Source: Saprolegnia diclina VS20 (Eukaryota). Taken from it: a stretch of DNA of 64,000 bases. Below, one piece after another: positions 59,201-64,000 of the stretch. Every line of letters begins with the position of its first letter. Positions within the stretch are counted from its first letter, which is position 1. A model generated the notes under the pieces. That model was given only the letters and a program-made list of their open reading frames with translations, was not told the DNA's origin and searched no databases. The stretch is from NCBI RefSeq assembly GCF_000281045.1, contig NW_008246070.1, positions 390,048 through 454,047 on the forward strand. The letters run 5' to 3'. Made by a program: the position numbers and the translations under genes.

Positions 59201-61416
59201 GGTCGCTCGCGAGCTCCAGCCGCCGCGTAGCGCGCTGCCAGGCGCAGTACACGACCAACGGCGCCGTGTACCTCGAGACAGCCCTACGCAACATCCCCGA
59301 TCGCCAAGCGTGGGAGTCGTGCTGGGGGACGTCGTTTGAGATTGGCATAGGCCGCGTCCTGCGAGCGACCAACCACGGCCAGCGCTGGCTGGCCGACACG
59401 GCGGCCGTCGCGACCAGCGTCGAGGACGAGGTCGCTTACTGGGAACGCCATGGCATCGCGGCCTTTGCATTTCGGTGGCAAAACTACAAGACACTGGGGC
59501 TACTCGACTCGATCGAGGTGACGTCGGCGCTGGGCTACACGCAGCCGCTCGCGATCAGCCACTCGGTCGGGGCGTACCACATGAACACGCAGACGTCACT
59601 GCGCTTTTACTGGACGTTTGCGAGCGACCTCTGGGCCATCGCAACGAACGCGACCTTGCTCAGCGGCAAGAGCCTCATCTACGGCGATGCCGACTTTGCC
59701 TTTGCCAACGTGAGCAGTCAGAGTGTCTTGCAGCAGAATCTAACCATCATCGCGCCGCTCTCACCAGGGTTGCAGTCGCTCCACGACTCGCTCGGGCCGT
59801 TTGGCTCGATCGACATGGTGTTCGTTACGTGCCCCAGCGCACTGCGTACGATGTACGGGCGCTATCTCAGCTCGCTCTCGGCGCTTCTGCTCTCGAATGC
59901 GACCGCGCGCACTGCTTTCGCAGAACTGCCGAGCTGGCCATTCGTCCTCCCCGTGCCAACGTCGCTCATGTACAACGCGTCGATCGCGGTCGTTGGCGGC
60001 AATATGATGTGCGGCGACGATTGCCCGCCCTACCCCGCCTACTATGGTCTCTACCGCCCGTTTGGGATGACGAACCCGTGTCACGCGATCTTCAGCGACA
60101 ACATGGCCACGTCCAACGCAGAGCTCATCTTTGCGTTTCTCGGGCTCTATGCCAACCACGCCAACGTTGCGATCGCCGACATTTGCGGCTTGAACGCGGC
60201 GGGCTCGGGGTGTCCCGTTGTCTTTGAAAAGTTGTCTCAGTTTGCTATGGACGTCAACGCCACGGCCTTTGCACCCCTCGCGCCGGTCGCCCACGAGCTC
60301 CAGCGTCTCGTGCTCGCACCCGAACTCAACGTCTCGGCGGTGCAGTACATTGCGCTCAACGGTGCTGCCGCCGCGTCGCTCTTCACCATCAACCTCCTCG
60401 ACCCGAGCGATGTGCCGTGGACGTTTTTCGGGTGGTGCTACCTCTTTGAGTGGGTCGCTGGTCATCGGGAAGTCGTGGCATTTCAAGGTGACAGCGGCGC
60501 GGTGGCCGCCATCTCGGCCCGCACCGCGCCGCGCACCATGGCGCCCGACCCGAGCGCGATCCCCGTCACGTTTTCATCGCTCTCGCAGGCCGGCAACTTG
60601 TACATTTCGTACATTCTCATCTGCATCGCCGGCTCGATCGCGCTCCTCATTCTGACGTCGCCGACGCGGGACGTGGAAGGCATGAACCTCTTTGCGCTCA
60701 ACCGCATCATCGGCCACGTGTGGGCCGGCCGCACGTTCCTTGTCCTGCGCTCGGTCACCGCCATGTGGATGCTCAACACAAGTCCGTTGAAACTCCTTCA
60801 AGTCGATAGCGTCACGCGCCTCGACTCGCCGCCGCTCACGTGGTACATGACGATCCTGGCCGCGTCCGAAGCGTCCTGGCTTGTCTACGTGCTCAACGAC
60901 GTCTTTAGCTGCATCACGCAGCAGTACACGTCGCTCTACGCTGGCCGGAGCTCGCTCGGTACGACCATTTCCGTCACGATCTGGACGTTCTTGCACCCGC
61001 AGCACTACGCCGCCGCGCTGCACCGCCGCTGTGACCTCGTCGACGTCGACTTTGAGCTCCACTGCGTGAGCGGGTCGATCGCGCTCGGCGATCCGCTCCG
61101 GCTCGGCGTCCTCTGCGGCATTGCGCTCGCCAACATTATCGTTTGGTACCAACTCGCCAAATGGTATGCGCCGCACCAGCCGTCGGTGCCGATCGAGACG
61201 CTCCTGCTCTCGTCGCAGAGCTTTTACCTCATGCACTGGCACGACCGGGAGCGCGACGGCGTCTACTACCTCGACACCATGTCGGCCGTCATGGCCGGTC
61301 TCCTCTCGCTCTCGCACAAGAACCGTCGGTATGTCTTTGACGTCAAGGCGTGGCGCCTGCTCGTGCTGCCGCCAGCCTCCGCCATGCCCCACGCCATTCC
61401 GCTCTCGCACCACTAG
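56218..61416 (+). CDS. Giant intronless multipass membrane protein (1732 aa) made of two homologous halves of about 850 aa
   Basis: Paired motifs: NDYFW/NDFGW; YCWVDFEKRW..RAARC..NGAVYLE / LCWVDFERTW..RVARC..NGAVYLE (offset 854 aa); REVVSFEGD/REVVAFQGD; FDIKLWR/FDVKAWR. Confidence 0.85.
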   Translation: MLWSLAALRQTRLYDGVGLTYVVGSVLLGLAALYMLRPYMENDYFWPGLFASNVSTLVATTFNLELTLLPVQAPSSTPLDLIARHLTSSDEAGQLAAYARKLVYEELTTAEAAIVGLRRLETQNIIFMVAQYCWVDFEKRWVMAHTAARAARCWARDVNNGAVYLESVARNTPFRRWVESTQGMFDVRIGNAVRSVSPMDGPTWLDTMLDRKWSTLDEEVGVWADAGVTRFALQYANQFQIGIDETITIQNALGLSSTFRLKSLAAWHRDALWTTDYMYAGLQNDFNAIGANQSLVLNSTLFFGAFDPTQLEYYNLGYPLAPVYAAAHDALGFLANIDLRWVPLPKDLNLAVQRFRALVLHALETTPAFATAFAAIPSLTLHPTPPQWTKTSLRFYGGSPMCGYVSATDFVQESFGFDDACGTQRRLSVGLTPMSALFATALTATTAQPICALALPDEQALCYDLLRAATAAKTILGSLPNDLQASSALTLDIRLLQFVQDGANPLHLQTQAILEPSWAFFGHGMLYDWAMNQREVVSFEGDVASYTVMSYATPGVALPAPPATLSLGMYMWYCAVIVSAAIAGVGLLVVLLFSVHRPRGSDWFVFNRVVSAVWSNRSLLLTRAFACSLSLGTAPVKSSASQRLVDSHRSLYESSLFAGESVWITYVVQDVFTPLTLHGTRTYAPWSSHLAFLIVFLLDVLSPVNVDATLRRDCYLVNMDRNVFCNSGHIVLGSWQRVLTVLVVNVGVVLVGILFERCVLASGEVPEPSLLLSSAAVAYLQPPPPEQTWEASLNPVTAFMAGVVNIKQLGWFDIKLWRFINNEKTRLAAADMLPQSIKLEKRDDQRQTSYLWKVRVRYNSVVIAVALLFMAMTFTSNILYLELAQSFLANDFGWEGFAATGVYAFVANQFNEQLLLHGNSTPLPFEVASVDFSDWRQRYNDSSATIISSFHAPRRQLLEPSMPLSTFVVGLRSLNPCKLPWMSTQLCWVDFERTWSLASSSRRVARCQAQYTTNGAVYLETALRNIPDRQAWESCWGTSFEIGIGRVLRATNHGQRWLADTAAVATSVEDEVAYWERHGIAAFAFRWQNYKTLGLLDSIEVTSALGYTQPLAISHSVGAYHMNTQTSLRFYWTFASDLWAIATNATLLSGKSLIYGDADFAFANVSSQSVLQQNLTIIAPLSPGLQSLHDSLGPFGSIDMVFVTCPSALRTMYGRYLSSLSALLLSNATARTAFAELPSWPFVLPVPTSLMYNASIAVVGGNMMCGDDCPPYPAYYGLYRPFGMTNPCHAIFSDNMATSNAELIFAFLGLYANHANVAIADICGLNAAGSGCPVVFEKLSQFAMDVNATAFAPLAPVAHELQRLVLAPELNVSAVQYIALNGAAAASLFTINLLDPSDVPWTFFGWCYLFEWVAGHREVVAFQGDSGAVAAISARTAPRTMAPDPSAIPVTFSSLSQAGNLYISYILICIAGSIALLILTSPTRDVEGMNLFALNRIIGHVWAGRTFLVLRSVTAMWMLNTSPLKLLQVDSVTRLDSPPLTWYMTILAASEASWLVYVLNDVFSCITQQYTSLYAGRSSLGTTISVTIWTFLHPQHYAAALHRRCDLVDVDFELHCVSGSIALGDPLRLGVLCGIALANIIVWYQLAKWYAPHQPSVPIETLLLSSQSFYLMHWHDRERDGVYYLDTMSAVMAGLLSLSHKNRRYVFDVKAWRLLVLPPASAMPHAIPLSHH

Positions 61417-61458
61417 CCGCCATAAATAATAGCACATCATGTTGTATACAGGCGCACG

Positions 61459-63147
61459 TTAAAGCGGTCGGGTGGTCGTGCTCTTGGTCATCTGACGGAG
61501 TCGGTACGCGATCTGCATCGCTGTGGGGCGGCTCGACGCCTCGAAGCGGAGGCACTCGGTCCCGAGCGCGGCGATCTGCTCGGGGCAGTCGTCCGAGAAT
61601 TTGGGGGCGATCTTGCCGGCCGCCACCATGACGCCGAGCCGCGTGTGCGAGATGAAGCCGTCGCTCGTCACGTTCGAGTACGGAAGGTCCGCCAAGTCGA
61701 GCTCGTTCAGGAGCACACCAAACGAGTAGACGTCGGCGCGCTCCGTGTAGTGGCCGCCGAGCATGATCTCGGGTGCGATCCACGCCAGCGTCCCAATCTC
61801 GGCCGTCATCGTGTTTTCGTCGCTGAGCTCCCGGCTCGTGCCAAAGTCGGTCAGCTTGGCCTCCCACGCGTCGCCCAAGAGCACGTTGCTGCTCTTGAGG
61901 TCGCGGTGGATGATCGGCGGCGACGCCGTGTGGAGATACACGAGCGCCTCGGCCACGTCCGACGCCATCCGGAGCTTCGTGATCGCACTCGAGCCAAACC
62001 ACGGAATCTGGCGGCGCTCCTTGTCCTCGACGAGCAGATTCCGGACGTTGCCGTTGTGCTGGTACTCGGTGAGCATCTTGAGCTGCAGCAACGTCGTCCA
62101 CGCAACGCCGACGAAGCGCACAATGTTCGGGTGGTCCAGCTTGGACATGAGCTTGATCTCGCACATAAAGGCTTCCATCGCCTCATGGTTGTTGACTTTC
62201 TCGGGCAAGCACTTCTTGACCGCGACCTCTTCGCCCGCAAAGCGCCCGCGGTAGATGACGCCAAAGCCCCCGCGCGCGAGCACGTCAAAGAGCTCGACCT
62301 CTTCGTTCGCGACGCGGAAGTTGCTCATCGACTTGTCGAAGCGGATGTCGTAGCCCTCGAGCTGGTTGACCTCGCCGCCGGTGACCACCGGACCCGTTGA
62401 GCGCGAGTTTGAATTGCCCACGTCGATCGTCGAGTGGCGCTGCGTGCTCTTCTGCGACGAGCGCGTGTCGACCGATCCGCGGTAGCTCGTGTGCTGAGAC
62501 TTGCCAGTGTACGGCTGCGAGCGCCGGTCCGTGTAGTACTCGGCCGGCGTCAAGGACGTCCGCGCATCTTCGAGCTCGGCAGCCTTCTTTTGACGGTACA
62601 AGACGAACGCGACAAGGGCAACGGCGACGACAAAGACGCCGGCGCCCACAGCCGCGTACGTGATGATGTTGGACGAGTCGTCGGGCTTGTTGGGCGCAGG
62701 TGTCTTCGTAGCTACGGACGGATCGCCAGATCCGGAACCAGACGACGTTGACGCATTGGGCGATCGGGTCGGCGCCTTGGTTGACGGCGTCGGGGTCGGC
62801 GTCGAACCGCTGGGTGGCGTCTTTGTCGACGTTGTTGGCGTTGCACTCGATGGTGACGGCGCCGGTCCAGGCGCGTCCGTAACCGGTGCTGTCGTTGGCG
62901 TTGGTGGTTCCGTTGTCGGGCCCGGCGGCGGTGTCGGCGTCTTTGTCGGTGGCGCCGTCGTCGGCGTCGGAGTTGGCGTCAATGTCGTCGGCGTCGGCGT
63001 CGGCGTGAGCGGCTTCGTGATGGGATCTGACGTCGGCGTCGTCGGCGAGGTAGGGACGTCCGTGACCTTGGATCCGTTCTGCAGGCGGAGGCCCGAGGCT
63101 GCCTGCAGCGCGAGGAGCAGCAGGACGACGGTTGCTCGTCGACGCAT
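61459..63147 (-). CDS. TKL-group receptor-like kinase with a Pro/Thr mucin-like ectodomain
   Basis: Signal peptide, PT-rich stalk, TM (AAVGAGVFVVAVALVAFVLY), ARGGFG, VAVK, HRDLKSSN, DFG and GTLAWIAPE. Confidence 0.93.
   Translation of the reverse strand: MRRRATVVLLLLALQAASGLRLQNGSKVTDVPTSPTTPTSDPITKPLTPTPTPTTLTPTPTPTTAPPTKTPTPPPGPTTEPPTPTTAPVTDAPGPAPSPSSATPTTSTKTPPSGSTPTPTPSTKAPTRSPNASTSSGSGSGDPSVATKTPAPNKPDDSSNIITYAAVGAGVFVVAVALVAFVLYRQKKAAELEDARTSLTPAEYYTDRRSQPYTGKSQHTSYRGSVDTRSSQKSTQRHSTIDVGNSNSRSTGPVVTGGEVNQLEGYDIRFDKSMSNFRVANEEVELFDVLARGGFGVIYRGRFAGEEVAVKKCLPEKVNNHEAMEAFMCEIKLMSKLDHPNIVRFVGVAWTTLLQLKMLTEYQHNGNVRNLLVEDKERRQIPWFGSSAITKLRMASDVAEALVYLHTASPPIIHRDLKSSNVLLGDAWEAKLTDFGTSRELSDENTMTAEIGTLAWIAPEIMLGGHYTERADVYSFGVLLNELDLADLPYSNVTSDGFISHTRLGVMVAAGKIAPKFSDDCPEQIAALGTECLRFEASSRPTAMQIAYRLRQMTKSTTTRPL
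62880..63050 (-). repeat. Low-complexity (CCGACG)n repeats encoding Pro-Thr
   Basis: gtcggcgtcggcgtcggc arrays translate to TPTPTPT. Confidence 0.7.
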
Positions 63148-63605
63148 GCTGGTGGCTGGGAAAATAAGCTCGATGAGCGCCTGCCAAGAGCCCAGTTTCC
63201 GTCATTACGCAGTGTTACAAGCTCCCTTTTATTCGACGTCCACATGTTATCTTGCTGTTTGTATGTACATTCAAAAAAATACACGCGTTCTTCGAAGTTC
63301 GAAGGAATCAAAATGAGTAGAGGTCCGCCAAAAATTGAGTCTCAGGACAGGCCGGCAGTACTAGGTCGGCACGGTGGATGAAGCGACGACTGCGGCGCCG
63401 GCCGCGCCCACAGGGAGCCAATGGATCCTACTGCGCTGCCAGGCCGAGCCATCGCTAGGAATGTGCGGCTGCAAAGACCGCGCCGTTTGTACAGGTTACT
63501 GCTGATGTGAGCGACCAGCTGGCAGGATGCCACTGTGCCTGCGACCTGCGCAAAAGACGCAGGACCCACCACGTGGTACAGAGGATGGTTTGGCTCGAAC
63601 GCTTA

Positions 63606-64000
63606 TCAGGATGCCAACGACGCCTGCTGGACGCGCTCTTCGAGGGACGCGATGCGCGTTGCGATCTTTTGGCGGTTGACAGCGTTGGCCGTCACGCGGA
63701 GCTGATCGTGCGAGTAGCGCAGCGCCATGGCGTAGTCGGCGGCGGCCATGCACGCAAGCACGAGGTTGTTGAGGATCGTCTTCTCGCGCTTCCCGTCGCC
63801 GACCTGCCGCGTCAGCGCAAGACACTTTTCGTAGTAGAGCACCGCCTGCGTCGGCTGCTTCCGATCCAAGTGCACGGTGCCGAGGTTGCCGAGCGCCCGC
63901 GCCTCGACGTGCGTCGCGCCTACCGCCCATGTCTTAGTCGCCACGACTTCGACCCTGCTGCTTACCTGCATTTTTGGCAAAGAATTCGGCGCGCAAAAAA
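63606..64000 (-). CDS. TPR-repeat protein (GPSM/TPR_12-like); 5' part probably outside the window
   Basis: EARALGNLGTVHL...AVLYYEKCLALTRQVGD...EKTILNNL. A probable intron (gtaagc...ggtag) lies at about 63966-63921. Confidence 0.7.
   Translation of the reverse strand, partial: FCAPNSLPKMQVSSRVEVVATKTWAVGATHVEARALGNLGTVHLDRKQPTQAVLYYEKCLALTRQVGDGKREKTILNNLVLACMAAADYAMALRYSHDQLRVTANAVNRQKIATRIASLEERVQQASLAS

Noticed and set aside
1..64000. CRISPR arrays, tRNA/rRNA, transposases, prokaryotic defence systems
   Set aside because: The DNA is eukaryotic and intron-containing. I saw no spaced direct-repeat arrays, RNA gene signatures or RT/integrase/transposase motifs.

Overview
This is gene-dense eukaryotic DNA with high-GC coding regions and many very short GT-AG introns (about 40-52 nt). 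Gene content, intron style and promoter motifs point to an oomycete, most likely Saprolegniaceae such as Saprolegnia; this is an inference. About 26 protein-coding genes are supported. In order: a coiled-coil orphan, ATAD1/Msp1, a probable minimal Sld3/Treslin, MSH2, eIF3e, FAM192A-like, URB1, CFAP43, a Rim2/SLC25A33-like carrier, an NhaC-family antiporter, TIM9, UTP20, a coiled-coil protein, a Zn-knuckle protein, a stramenopile Myb-like factor, Beclin-1/ATG6, a lineage-specific membrane protein, WDR20/CreC, an ankyrin protein, a TMEM68-like acyltransferase, a GH18 chitinase, ATG18, an EDEM-like mannosidase, a 1732-aa internally duplicated membrane protein, a TKL receptor kinase and a partial TPR gene. 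I found no rRNA, tRNA, CRISPR array or clear transposon. The most notable observations are: (1) an OS-9-type MRH lectin fused to an EDEM3-like GH47-PA mannosidase, putting an ERAD reader and writer in one chain; (2) a compact Sld3/Treslin-like gene, not visible as a single ORF, head-to-head with a domain-I-less MSH2 across an E2F-site-rich promoter; (3) a recurrent TATCCGGATA promoter element; (4) a bacterial-type NhaC with eukaryotic targeting signals; (5) a possible long, structured leader intron upstream of the chitinase. All family calls come from motif recognition by eye, not from database searches.
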